A stretch of 64,000 nucleotides of DNA. It comes from Chlamydiia bacterium. Lineage in GTDB: Bacteria; Chlamydiota; Chlamydiia; Chlamydiales; 2-12-FULL-49-11. Each line of letters begins with the position of its first letter. Positions within the stretch are counted from its first letter, which is position 1. The DNA lies in NCBI GenBank assembly GCA_022601595.1, contig JAJACI010000004.1:1345-65344 (forward strand). The letters are read 5' to 3'. Of the stretch, positions 16,728 through 26,203 are shown piece after piece. The translations under genes and the position numbers were made by a program. Under the pieces are notes generated by a model. That model was not told the origin of the DNA and did not search any database. It saw only the letters and a program-made list of their open reading frames with translations.

Positions 16728-17954
16728 ATGATTACTCAAGTAAGTAATAGAAAGACAAGACTAGCAATTATTATTGCAGCAGTTTTAAAGGAACCTTTTA
16801 TTTGTATCTATGCTTTGCTCCCTTTTTTTCTCTTAAAAGATTTAGGGGCTATTTCGCTACAGATCGTTATTTATACGATGCTTAGACCAGTTAGTTCTAT
16901 TTTTTCTTTTTATTTAAGTGAGTTGATATCAAGAAATGCGATTACCTTAAAAAATGCACTATTATGGACTGGAATTCTAGCTCGTTTAAGCTTTATCCCA
17001 GCATTACTTACCGATAGCGTCTCCTTATATATTTTAGGCTCCACATTATTTATGATTTTTTCTCGTGCAGAAATTCCTGCATGGATGGAGATTATCAAAA
17101 AAAATATAGACAAGGAAAAATGGGAAAAATCCTTTTCTCTAGGTTCTATAATTAGCTATTCCTCAGGAGTCCTATTAACAGTATTTTTTGCAACATTTAT
17201 GGATGCGGGCCCCCTTGCATGGAAATATATTTTTTCAGCCTCGTTATTCCTTGGAGCCGCTGCTGTCTGTTTTCAAGCATTTTTAATAGAGAATGATCAA
17301 GTAGTTGCTGCCACTTCAAAACGATTGAAGAAAGGTATTACTCTACCAATAAAAAATGCGATCCTTCTAATGAGTAAAAAAAGAGAGTTTAGATCTTTTC
17401 AGATTGCTTTTATGATTGGGGGGTTAGGCTTGATGATTATTCAGCCAGTGATACCTATTTACTTTACAAGTATATTATCGATTAAGAAATCTGACATGAT
17501 GGTTGCCTTTTGTATATGTAAAGCCCTAGGCTTTGTCTTTACAACACCTATTTGGAATACAATGATAAAAAAAGTAGAGCCTGCCGCTTTTATTGTCTTT
17601 GTTCTTTTTGGCTTTGCTTTGTTTTCCTTCTTTTTAATTTTCTCCTCCATCTCTTTAAGTCTTATTTTTCTTGCTTACCTAATTTATGGAATAGCTCAAG
17701 CCGGCAGCCATCTCATTTGGCATTTATCAGGCCCTATGTTTTCAGGGGAAGAGTCTTCCTCCCGGTATAGCGGAGTTAATATTGTCATGGTGGGAATAAG
17801 AGGTTTAATAGGTCCTGTATTTGGCGGCGCTCTTCTGCTTTTTCTACATCCTATATATATATTCTTATTTAGTATGTTACTCTGTATAGGCGGGGGAATG
17901 TACTATTTAAGAGCAGAATGGGAAAGAGATTCTTTAGATGTGAATGCCTTGTAG
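16728..17954 (+). CDS. MFS-like multi-pass membrane transporter
   Basis: 408 aa with about 11-12 hydrophobic segments. No specific substrate motif recognised. Confidence 0.65.
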   Translation: MITQVSNRKTRLAIIIAAVLKEPFICIYALLPFFLLKDLGAISLQIVIYTMLRPVSSIFSFYLSELISRNAITLKNALLWTGILARLSFIPALLTDSVSLYILGSTLFMIFSRAEIPAWMEIIKKNIDKEKWEKSFSLGSIISYSSGVLLTVFFATFMDAGPLAWKYIFSASLFLGAAAVCFQAFLIENDQVVAATSKRLKKGITLPIKNAILLMSKKREFRSFQIAFMIGGLGLMIIQPVIPIYFTSILSIKKSDMMVAFCICKALGFVFTTPIWNTMIKKVEPAAFIVFVLFGFALFSFFLIFSSISLSLIFLAYLIYGIAQAGSHLIWHLSGPMFSGEESSSRYSGVNIVMVGIRGLIGPVFGGALLLFLHPIYIFLFSMLLCIGGGMYYLRAEWERDSLDVNAL

Positions 17955-18317
17955 GTATCTGATGGCCCCATTCTCTTTTTTAAATAGGCTTTTTTCTGTA
18001 AAGCTTATGTCCTTTCCTTCTCTGCTAAGATGAGCTGTAAAAGTAACGGTGTCGCTTGTATATTCTAATATGGTAAGTCCTTGAAAATGGGTATGCTTGC
18101 AAAAATCAAGGATGCTTTCTCTCCATTTGAATATATCGCTCTCTCTATGTGGAGACTGGCTGTGGGTGGTTTGAATGATGTAGGCAGCATTATGCATAGC
18201 ATAGGCGCAAAATCGTGATCGCATTAACTCGACAACACTTAACGGCTTTTGCCCTTCATGAAACTTTTTACAACAATTTGCATATTTTTTCTGGCTATAA
18301 CATGGACATAATGACAT
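17934..18317 (-). CDS. YchJ-like SEC-C motif protein (UPF0225)
   Basis: 127 aa. N-terminal CPCYSQKKYANCCKKFH is a SEC-C type motif, followed by an NTF2-like body as in YchJ. Confidence 0.7.
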   Translation of the reverse strand: MSLCPCYSQKKYANCCKKFHEGQKPLSVVELMRSRFCAYAMHNAAYIIQTTHSQSPHRESDIFKWRESILDFCKHTHFQGLTILEYTSDTVTFTAHLSREGKDISFTEKSLFKKENGAIRYLQGIHI

Positions 18318-18404
18318 ACAACTAGAATAGAGAATCTATAGAAAAATAACAAATAAATTGTATTCAATTTTTATATTGACGCGCTATCATAAGACTTATA
18401 GAAT

Positions 18405-19244
18405 ATGTCTATGAAGATTTTTTCATATGTAAGTTTCTTTTCTCTACTTTTTGTTTCTATGGTTGTTTTTACAAGCCTATTTTTTAAGCAACACCAAAAA
18501 AAAATAACTACGTATAACATGGAAGAAAACAATCTTTTAAGAAAAAAGAAATACCAAGATTCTTTTTCAGAGCTTGTTTGGATTGATGAAAATAAGGACT
18601 CTGAAAAAGAGTATGATATATACCAAATGCTAAAATTTTTAGAAGGAATCACTACTGGTGATTACTTAGATTACTTAGATCTATATTTAGGAATAGATGA
18701 GAAATTACGCCTTGGTTATGACGATTTTTTAGATCTACATAAAAAAATGGAGCAATTTGCGGAGCTAAGTGTTTTTACAAGGGAAGAGCTACTGGACATC
18801 TTAGCTTTTAGCTTAATTCTTCCTGAGCTTGAAAAAACCCCTGAGTTTAAAAAAAGAGCATGGGTATACAACACAGAGTCCTTGGTAGATGCTATTTTAA
18901 TGCATGATACCATTTTTCCATCTATGAAAAGGTTTACAAAAGAAGAGAAGAAGTTTCTTTGTCTAGTCCTAGAAAGCCTTCAGTTCTCCGGTTTTTTTGG
19001 TAGCTATCGGAACAATATTGCCTATAATATTTCTGATGAAGCTCCTTTTCTAAAGGATAACATGAAATATTTTGATTTATCCTTTTTGATGTTTATATGC
19101 AGGTTAGCTGGGAAATTTGGAAATATAGAAAAAAATATTCCTAGGTTTACATCGGGGTTTTATTCTTATTTAAATGCTTTTAAAAAGGATCTCCTTATCC
19201 ATATAGACCATTCAGTGAACAATAGCTCAGAGCAGAGCGGCTAG
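18405..19244 (+). CDS. hypothetical protein with N-terminal membrane anchor/signal
   Basis: 279 aa. The hydrophobic N-terminus is FSYVSFFSLLFVSMVVFTSLFF. No known motif. Confidence 0.6.
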   Translation: MSMKIFSYVSFFSLLFVSMVVFTSLFFKQHQKKITTYNMEENNLLRKKKYQDSFSELVWIDENKDSEKEYDIYQMLKFLEGITTGDYLDYLDLYLGIDEKLRLGYDDFLDLHKKMEQFAELSVFTREELLDILAFSLILPELEKTPEFKKRAWVYNTESLVDAILMHDTIFPSMKRFTKEEKKFLCLVLESLQFSGFFGSYRNNIAYNISDEAPFLKDNMKYFDLSFLMFICRLAGKFGNIEKNIPRFTSGFYSYLNAFKKDLLIHIDHSVNNSSEQSG

Positions 19245-20854
19245 TCTCCTTGTACACGCTTTTTAGCATTATTTAAACGCTCGATTTCTGTCTTGGTAAA
19301 ATTATCTTTTAGATCACTAAAATGGGTCATCAATACATCAAAGTCTTCTTTTTGGATGGCAAGGATTTTACAAGATCCAGAAGCTTTTATGGTAGCAGAT
19401 CTTTTCTTATCAGACATCAAAGCCATCTCCCCAAAGTATTCGCCTGCATGTAAGGTGGTTATTTTTACATCTTCTTTTATAACATCCACCTTTCCTTTTA
19501 CGATGATATAAAGATAGTCTCCTGTATCACCTGCATAAAAAATAGTATCTCCATCGGCATAGTGGAGGTTATCAAACCCTTTTTTAGGTTTTGATTTTAA
19601 CTGCACGGTATCTGTGGGAATGAGCATATCTAAAAACCAAGAAAGGGCAATTCGAAATTTTGCTGAAAAACCTGGAATTTTTAATAGATATATAAATCTC
19701 CATACGACCCATGCAATAACCCCAGAGAGTTTTACTCCTAATATCTCTGCAACCGCTCTTTTATGACCGAGAGCTGCCATTTGCCCAAGTGATTTAAAGG
19801 TAAAAGTCTTTCTCTTTCCGGTTAATAAACTGCTTTTGATATTATGTGCTAAAATAGGGGCTTGCCTTGTTGCAAATTGAGCCGTTGGCGGGGAATATTC
19901 TTCAGGGGTAGAGGGAGATTTTGGAATGAGTGCACAATCACCAACAGACCAAATATCACTGCGATTTTTTGCCTGTAGATGAGAGTCGCACTTAATTTTA
20001 CCAAATTCTTTTTCTAAGTTAAGCTGTTCTATCAAGGGATTTGCAATAGAGGGAACGGTGGAAACGATCGTTCTACTTTTTATCCTTATTTTTTCATCTA
20101 CAATCGCTTCGTTAGGGGTAGCAGAGGTTAGGCGGCTATTAAATAGTATCTCTATACCGCGCTTTTGCAAGAGCTTACCGCAATAGGTGCCAAGTGATGG
20201 AGAAAGCTCTCTGTCTACTAATCGATCTTTACTATGAACAAGAACCACTCTAATATTTTTTGGATCAATGGTTTTATAGGACTTGGCTTTTTTCCGAGCA
20301 AGGTCGTTGATTTCGGCAACCACCTCCACACCAGAAAAGCCACCACCGCCTACTACAAAAGTAAGAAGCGCTTTTCTCTCTTCAAGGTCAGGCTCTTGTG
20401 CCGCGGTCTCTATCACATCAATAATACGATTTCTCAGGGCGATTGCATCTGATAGATCTTTAAATGGAAGGGCATGCTCGGCAAGGCCTCCTGGACTAGT
20501 TCTAAAATCTGTCACCGAACCAAGTCCTAAAACAAGATGATCGTAGTTAATAACCAGATCTTTATGACTAAAATTAGGGGAGAGGGTCACTGTTTTCTCA
20601 TCAATATTAATCTCTGTCACCTCTCGTATATAGATAGAGGTATGTTTTAGAAGTGATCTAAGACAAGTTACCGAGTCTAAAATATCAATAGATCCACCCA
20701 CAACTTCCGCGAGCATAGGCTGATAGGTAAAATAATTCTCCCTGCTTACTAAGATGATTTCTATAGAATCACGGTATTTTTTCAACTGCTTTTCCAAATG
20801 TATAGCGGTATACACCCCGCCAAATCCGCCACCTAAAATTACTATTTTTTTCAT
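19241..20854 (-). CDS. ndh: type II NADH dehydrogenase (NDH-2) fused to a C-terminal cyclic-nucleotide-binding domain
   Basis: Two dinucleotide-binding motifs, ILGGGFGG and VVGGGGFSG, plus GDCA. The C-terminal ~110 aa has the cNMP-binding signature GEYFGEMALMSDKKRSATIKA. Confidence 0.8.
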   Translation of the reverse strand: MKKIVILGGGFGGVYTAIHLEKQLKKYRDSIEIILVSRENYFTYQPMLAEVVGGSIDILDSVTCLRSLLKHTSIYIREVTEINIDEKTVTLSPNFSHKDLVINYDHLVLGLGSVTDFRTSPGGLAEHALPFKDLSDAIALRNRIIDVIETAAQEPDLEERKALLTFVVGGGGFSGVEVVAEINDLARKKAKSYKTIDPKNIRVVLVHSKDRLVDRELSPSLGTYCGKLLQKRGIEILFNSRLTSATPNEAIVDEKIRIKSRTIVSTVPSIANPLIEQLNLEKEFGKIKCDSHLQAKNRSDIWSVGDCALIPKSPSTPEEYSPPTAQFATRQAPILAHNIKSSLLTGKRKTFTFKSLGQMAALGHKRAVAEILGVKLSGVIAWVVWRFIYLLKIPGFSAKFRIALSWFLDMLIPTDTVQLKSKPKKGFDNLHYADGDTIFYAGDTGDYLYIIVKGKVDVIKEDVKITTLHAGEYFGEMALMSDKKRSATIKASGSCKILAIQKEDFDVLMTHFSDLKDNFTKTEIERLNNAKKRVQGD

Positions 20855-20951
20855 TATTACCTCTTCTACAAGTCAACTATATATATAGAAAGGAAGAAAT
20901 CAACCTTTTTCCTAATAAGCTGATAGTGAATGCTATCAAAACCCTGAAAAT

Positions 20952-21413
20952 CTATCGTATAAATAAGAGAATGAAGGCCATAACTCCCATAAGGATATCT
21001 TCTACCAAGGTAAACCTTGTTAGGGGAACATTAATTTTAGCTCCCAGGCATGCGCATGATTTTTTATCTTTAGATAGTAGATTTTTGTAGATGCTGATGG
21101 TGCCTATGGTCATGATGATGATGGTAATCACTGCTGCGGGAATGATTATAAAATGGAAAAGAAAGCATATGGCTATAAAAAGCTCAATAAATGGATAAAT
21201 ATAGGCATAGACAGGATACTTTTTAGCAAGAAGGTCATAGGTGACAAAAATCTTTGTAAAACCAGTGATGTCTACCAGCTTTAAGACAGAAAGGATCAAG
21301 AAAATGATCCCCATAAAAATAAGCATGTACCCGTAATAAGATACTACCACCGCAATAGCAATTAAAAAAATAGAGAGTAAAATATCCACAATACCTCCCA
21401 ATTTAGTATTCAT
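20952..21413 (-). CDS. MauE/DoxX-like small membrane protein
   Basis: 153 aa with four hydrophobic helices. LKLVDITGF and CACLG motifs resemble the MauE family. Confidence 0.5.
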   Translation of the reverse strand: MNTKLGGIVDILLSIFLIAIAVVVSYYGYMLIFMGIIFLILSVLKLVDITGFTKIFVTYDLLAKKYPVYAYIYPFIELFIAICFLFHFIIIPAAVITIIIMTIGTISIYKNLLSKDKKSCACLGAKINVPLTRFTLVEDILMGVMAFILLFIR

Positions 21414-21457
21414 CTTAGAAATACTATATTATTTGGAAAAAGCAAAGAAGTATTTTT

Positions 21458-21520
21458 TATAGTCGTGAGCATTCATATGGCGCAGTGTTCAATAAATTTT
21501 TTAGAGTTTAGCGAGCTGAC
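21458..21520. repeat. F2 end fragment that overlaps the 3' end of dus
   Basis: tatagtcgtgagcattcatatggcgcagtgttcaataaattttttagagtttagcgagctgac aligns with the terminal ~60 bp of the F2 copies (compare 34195-34260). Confidence 0.6.
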
Positions 21521-22451
21521 ATGCCCTAAGCGCATCTATGCAATACTCAAAAAAAGCTCTTGGATCTTTTTCTCTATTGCGAAGCATATCTTTTCTTTTG
21601 ACAAGTAGTGCATCATTTCTTTGGAAAAGAAAGGAAAAGAGCCCCTTCATTTGACCTGTTTGGTTTTTAGGGGCGTAGAGGCAAACATTTTCATAAAATC
21701 TTTCTAAAAAGGTAAGGGTACGATCAAAATCTTCTATATGAGCATTTCCTTTGATCTCATGGAAGATCCAAGGATTAATAACAGCGCCCCTTCCTACCAT
21801 TAAGCCATCACAACCGGTGTATGCAAGCATATACTCGGCATCCTCTCGGCTTTTGATATCCCCATTTCCAATCAGCGGAATAGAGAGGATCTCTTTGGCT
21901 TTTTTTATCAAGTCGAGATTGGCAAAACCTTTATACCCCTCAAGTTTTGTCCTTGGGTGCAAAGTAAGGTGAGATATCCCAGCGCTTTCTGCGGCCAAGA
22001 GATTTTCTTCAAAGAGAGTGGTGTCAAGATATCCAGATCGTAACTTGGCGGTAAGAGGAACAGAAGAGACTTTCACCATCTTAGATAGGATTTTGTGAAG
22101 ATGTTCTGGATTTTGTAAAAGGGAAGAGCCTGAACCATTTCCTGTAACGGTATTGGATGGACATCCCACATTGAGCTCTACCCGCTTTGCACCTCTTGCA
22201 ATCAACTCTTCGGTCATAGCAGCTAACGTATCAGGGTCTGAGCCCATCACTTGCGCCGCTTGCGGGATAGGGTCTGTGTCCTCAAAGGAAAATTTTTTGG
22301 CAAGACTCTTTACATGAGCTCCTTTTGGCACGCTGATAAATTCTCTTGTCGCTTCATCAAACCCGCCGATAAGTGCAAGCGCGTTTCTAAAAGAGTAATT
22401 TCCCAGCCCCTCCATCGGAGCGAGATATAATTTAGGTGTTTTCCTTTGCAT
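21501..22451 (-). CDS. dus: tRNA-dihydrouridine synthase
   Basis: 316 aa. LAPMEG start, ELNVGCP flavin/TIM-barrel block and HPRT catalytic-region motif of the Dus family. Confidence 0.85.
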   Translation of the reverse strand: MQRKTPKLYLAPMEGLGNYSFRNALALIGGFDEATREFISVPKGAHVKSLAKKFSFEDTDPIPQAAQVMGSDPDTLAAMTEELIARGAKRVELNVGCPSNTVTGNGSGSSLLQNPEHLHKILSKMVKVSSVPLTAKLRSGYLDTTLFEENLLAAESAGISHLTLHPRTKLEGYKGFANLDLIKKAKEILSIPLIGNGDIKSREDAEYMLAYTGCDGLMVGRGAVINPWIFHEIKGNAHIEDFDRTLTFLERFYENVCLYAPKNQTGQMKGLFSFLFQRNDALLVKRKDMLRNREKDPRAFFEYCIDALRACQLAKL

Positions 22452-22458
22452 AAAGACC

Positions 22459-23928
22459 CTATTCTACCGTATCTGTGATATCAGGGTGCTGTCTATCTGA
22501 AACCGCACTCTGCCCCTTTAAAAGATCTTCTAAGAGCTCTTGGTGGGCAGACGCATCCTCTTTCACAATTTTGATATCTTTCCACTTTCCTTGTTTATAA
22601 CGAAGATAGACAACCAAAGTAGATAGACATCCGTAAACTACTTGAATGGCATAGGCATACAATATGGATGCCTTTGGAAGGTAGATTAAGAAGTAGGTAG
22701 GAATAAAGCAGAAAACCCAAAGAGAAAGGGTGCCAGCAATAAGCAAAAATACCGTATCTCCTGCTGCTGTTAATAGACCATTTAACGCCCACCTTATATT
22801 TTCAAATAGGATGTAGAAGAATATAAAATATAGGGAAGTCTTGATAAGACCTTGTGTTTCTGCAATGTATACAGGAGTATTTTCTTCTAGAAAATGGGAA
22901 CTATTAGAAAACAGATAGATCATTTGATCTGCAAACCCAAAGAGAATTACTCCTAAAAAAAGAGAAAAAATAGCAAGGAGCTTTACCGAAGATCTAAGCA
23001 CATTGTTTAATAAATGCGGCTTTTTTTGACCAATAAAATTACCTGCCAGAGCAACACACCCTTTTTCCAGCCCCCATCCCACAAAGAAGAAGAGGATAAG
23101 GATACTTTGGCAGACCCCTGCAACATATAAATGCTGCCCGCTCACCCCTTCCATCATAAAGTAAAAAAAGGTCCAACCAAAGAGCTCTACCGCAATAAAC
23201 ACTGCAGGAGGGATCCCTATTCGTAAACACGATAAGAAGATCTTTTTATCAAAAGTATAATTTCTTGTGCCAAATTCTTTGGCATTTTTCTTGCTGATAA
23301 AAAATAAAAAAACCACCGCAGCTTGTACTAATGTTCCAATAAGTGTTGCATAAGCAGCCCCCATCATTCCATAAGACGGAACGTATCCATCTATTCCAAA
23401 AATCAATATTGGGTCCAATATAACATTAACAACATTGCTGATAATAGCCATCCACTGGATCACTTTTGGGTAGCCCCTTCCTATAAAAAATCCCGCAACA
23501 GCACTATGAATACAAAATAGGGGACCTGTGTACATGAAAAAAGAAAAATACATATTTTCAAGCGGCTTGATATCTATGGGAAATACATAAGGAGTGACAA
23601 AAAGTGCAACTGGAATAAAAAAGGCAAAAGAAAAAAGGCAAAACCAAAGCATTTGCCATATAGGCTTTCCGATCTCTTTATTTCTGCCCGCCCCATTAAA
23701 TTGCGACACAAAAACCTCAGACATAGCAGCAAGCGTCATCCCCCCACATATAAAAGCCCAAGAGAAGGTCCCTGATGTTACAGAGGCATTAAGTGCTTGA
23801 GAAGAATAGCGAGCTAAGAAAAGTCTATCTACAAATAGCATTACTGATAGAGAAAGAAAGGAAATCATCATTGGATATGACATATTCCAGAGCTCTTTCA
23901 GAGAACCGGTTTTAAAAATTTTACTCAT
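22459..23928 (-). CDS. MATE family efflux transporter
   Basis: 489 aa, 12 hydrophobic segments. N-terminal LKELWNMSYPMMISFLS is typical of MATE/NorM proteins. Confidence 0.8.
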   Translation of the reverse strand: MSKIFKTGSLKELWNMSYPMMISFLSLSVMLFVDRLFLARYSSQALNASVTSGTFSWAFICGGMTLAAMSEVFVSQFNGAGRNKEIGKPIWQMLWFCLFSFAFFIPVALFVTPYVFPIDIKPLENMYFSFFMYTGPLFCIHSAVAGFFIGRGYPKVIQWMAIISNVVNVILDPILIFGIDGYVPSYGMMGAAYATLIGTLVQAAVVFLFFISKKNAKEFGTRNYTFDKKIFLSCLRIGIPPAVFIAVELFGWTFFYFMMEGVSGQHLYVAGVCQSILILFFFVGWGLEKGCVALAGNFIGQKKPHLLNNVLRSSVKLLAIFSLFLGVILFGFADQMIYLFSNSSHFLEENTPVYIAETQGLIKTSLYFIFFYILFENIRWALNGLLTAAGDTVFLLIAGTLSLWVFCFIPTYFLIYLPKASILYAYAIQVVYGCLSTLVVYLRYKQGKWKDIKIVKEDASAHQELLEDLLKGQSAVSDRQHPDITDTVE

Positions 23929-24017
23929 GATTTATCTATTTTTTTGGTAATACTCTATGATAACAGATGGCTAGGAAAGCAGCAATAGGAAAGGCATTTA
24001 TTTTTTTGGTAAACTTC

Positions 24018-24046
24018 TTGCTATAAATACAGCTTGCTGCTATATT
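24018..24046 (+). promoter_or_regulatory. candidate sigma-70-type promoter for the tRNA-Ala/tRNA-Ile pair
   Basis: TTGCTA, a 17 nt spacer, then TATATT, ending about 39 nt upstream of tRNA-Ala. Confidence 0.4.
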
Positions 24047-24084
24047 TTCACTTTCTCATATCTCGTTCCTTGAGATAATGATAT

Positions 24085-24157
24085 GGGGGTTTAGCTCAGT
24101 TGGTAGAGCATCTGGTTTGCAACCAGAAGGTCAGGGGTTCGAGTCTCCTAATCTCCA
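24085..24157 (+). tRNA. tRNA-Ala (anticodon TGC)
   Basis: gggggtttagctcagttggtagagcatctggTTTGCAAccaga...ggttcgagtctcctaatctcca. It has the G3:U70 pair characteristic of tRNA-Ala. Confidence 0.9.
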
Positions 24158-24164
24158 TTTTTTT

Positions 24165-24239
24165 GCGGGTATAGCTCAGCCTGGTTAGAGCGCAACACTG
24201 ATAATGTTGAGGTCCCTAGTTCGAGTCTAGGTATCCGCA
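24165..24239 (+). tRNA. tRNA-Ile (anticodon GAT)
   Basis: gcgggtatagctcagcctggttagagcgcaacaCTGATAAtgttg...agttcgagtctaggtatccgca. Confidence 0.9.
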
Positions 24240-24357
24240 AAATTTTTACTTTAAAAGAATAAGTAATTGATAAAACACGAGGGTTTATTACCTCTTTGTT
24301 AAAAAAATGATAAGTTGATATAATAGATTAAACAATGAAATATCAAGTATTTATTTT

Positions 24358-25563
24358 ATGGTCAACCCAACTAGCCCATTAACAGCCAGTAGTGTAGCAA
24401 ATACGCCTCCATCCTCAGGTACCAGGGATTTTAACAAGCGATCTGTTCAGTTAGTTCTGGCAAGAAACATATACCCCAATTGCTTCTTTTACCGCTCCAA
24501 AGCATCAAGGGTATTTTCCCGGATGGTTTGTGAAAATCCTATTTCTCAAGCACCTCAAGGCAATCAAAAAAAATATGTAAAAATAGAATGGTTTGGCTCT
24601 GGAATTATTCTAGGAGGGATCGCACATCCCTATACAAACAAAGATACCATAGGTGGTTTAATAGATAGGTTAACCGGCTATTTATTAGGGCCTAAAGGGA
24701 GTGCATACACTGGATATGATTTAAGTTTAGCGGAAGAGGAAGATGTTGATGGCAATCCTCATTTTACTAGTTTAGAGCGCAGTCATCCTTTACATTCCAT
24801 CGCGTACAAGACAGATATCCTTAATTTAGTAATTCTTAAGAGAAACATCTCTGATTCTGCATCTGTAGTAATCCGCAATCTAAGTTATGTTTTGAATAAT
24901 AACCCTTCACAAGATCAAATAGAGAGAATATTTGAGATAATTGATAAAATGCCTGATGTTCAGCAAAAGTTCAGTCTAATATTGAAAATAGATTTGACGT
25001 TCCCACGGTATAGGAATAGAACTCTTGAGGTTGTGCTTAATATGGAGGATCATTATATTAGAATGGAGCATTTATCTAGTAGGCTTATGCTGCCTCAAAT
25101 AACTCAACAGCAAGTAGGCAAGGTTCTGGATTGTATACTGCAAAATATAGAAGAAAACCTACTAGACGAATTCCATCCCGTGTGCATTAATATTAGACGG
25201 TACTTAGAACATAGAGGGCTTGATCCAGCTTCCATGAATAAGATTTTAGATATTATAATTCAAATGGATACTAGCAATTTTTCAAGTGTGTTTTTTATGA
25301 AACTTCTTTCAAGAGAGGATTTTCCGGTAGGGATTAAAGATTGTCGAATACTAACTTTAATTAAGAGAGCAAGTGGTGTGGATCAATGGCAAATGCTAAA
25401 TGCTATTTTCCAAAAACATTGTTTTGGAACCTCTGAAAAAAAAGCACAATTAATAGAGGTGCAGGAATTTATAGACCAAGTGCTTGAAGCTGAAACGTTA
25501 AATAATAGGGTAAAAGGCCCGTTGATTCGGTTTCGGGAAAAGATTACCCAAGATGGTAGTTGA
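24358..25563 (+). CDS. hypothetical protein
   Basis: 401 aa ORF with no signal peptide and no recognisable motif. It follows the tRNA pair. Confidence 0.6.
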   Translation: MVNPTSPLTASSVANTPPSSGTRDFNKRSVQLVLARNIYPNCFFYRSKASRVFSRMVCENPISQAPQGNQKKYVKIEWFGSGIILGGIAHPYTNKDTIGGLIDRLTGYLLGPKGSAYTGYDLSLAEEEDVDGNPHFTSLERSHPLHSIAYKTDILNLVILKRNISDSASVVIRNLSYVLNNNPSQDQIERIFEIIDKMPDVQQKFSLILKIDLTFPRYRNRTLEVVLNMEDHYIRMEHLSSRLMLPQITQQQVGKVLDCILQNIEENLLDEFHPVCINIRRYLEHRGLDPASMNKILDIIIQMDTSNFSSVFFMKLLSREDFPVGIKDCRILTLIKRASGVDQWQMLNAIFQKHCFGTSEKKAQLIEVQEFIDQVLEAETLNNRVKGPLIRFREKITQDGS

Positions 25564-25630
25564 GCTGTTTTTTACATTACATGGTATAAAATGTTTGATT
25601 TAATATAATCTTTATCATAACTGTAGTGTT

Positions 25631-26203
25631 ATGGGAAAAATAGTAAAAATCGTTGGGTATCTTGTAATCTTTTTAGTGATCATCCTAGGCATAGTTAGCT
25701 ATTTTGATTATGGAGGGGTTTCGGGGGTGAAAAAAGCCCTTTCTGGGCGTTGTAAGTCTTTTCATATGGATGTGGATAAGCAGAGTAAGGCTTATATTGG
25801 GGAAATTGTCACTACCATGGCAAATACCTCTACCATTGGTCTTGCTTTCAAGAGCAATCATTTAAAGGCAATTGGTAAGAAGGTGGATAAGAAGGTTCCC
25901 TCACCGCTTATGTTTTTAGCGGTTATTTTCGCTGACAAGAAGCTTGCTCATGATATGAAGATTGTCAAGCAGAGCTCTTTTAAGTATAACAACTTCTGTG
26001 AGGGGTTGTATAAGAATATGATGACCAGCTACCAAAACAAAGAGTGTTTTAAAAAAAATATTTACAGTTTTGCTAAACAGTTAAAAATCAATCCTGAAAA
26101 AACCTATACCGTGGCAGAAACATGCGGTAAGCATGGTGAAAATGGGAACAAAGACGCTTTTAGGCCTTTTGTAGACTATCTGATTCGGGAACTTGCTCAT
26201 TAG
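25631..26203 (+). CDS. hypothetical protein with N-terminal transmembrane anchor
   Basis: 190 aa. The N-terminal helix is IVKIVGYLVIFLVIILGIVSYF. Confidence 0.6.
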   Translation: MGKIVKIVGYLVIFLVIILGIVSYFDYGGVSGVKKALSGRCKSFHMDVDKQSKAYIGEIVTTMANTSTIGLAFKSNHLKAIGKKVDKKVPSPLMFLAVIFADKKLAHDMKIVKQSSFKYNNFCEGLYKNMMTSYQNKECFKKNIYSFAKQLKINPEKTYTVAETCGKHGENGNKDAFRPFVDYLIRELAH

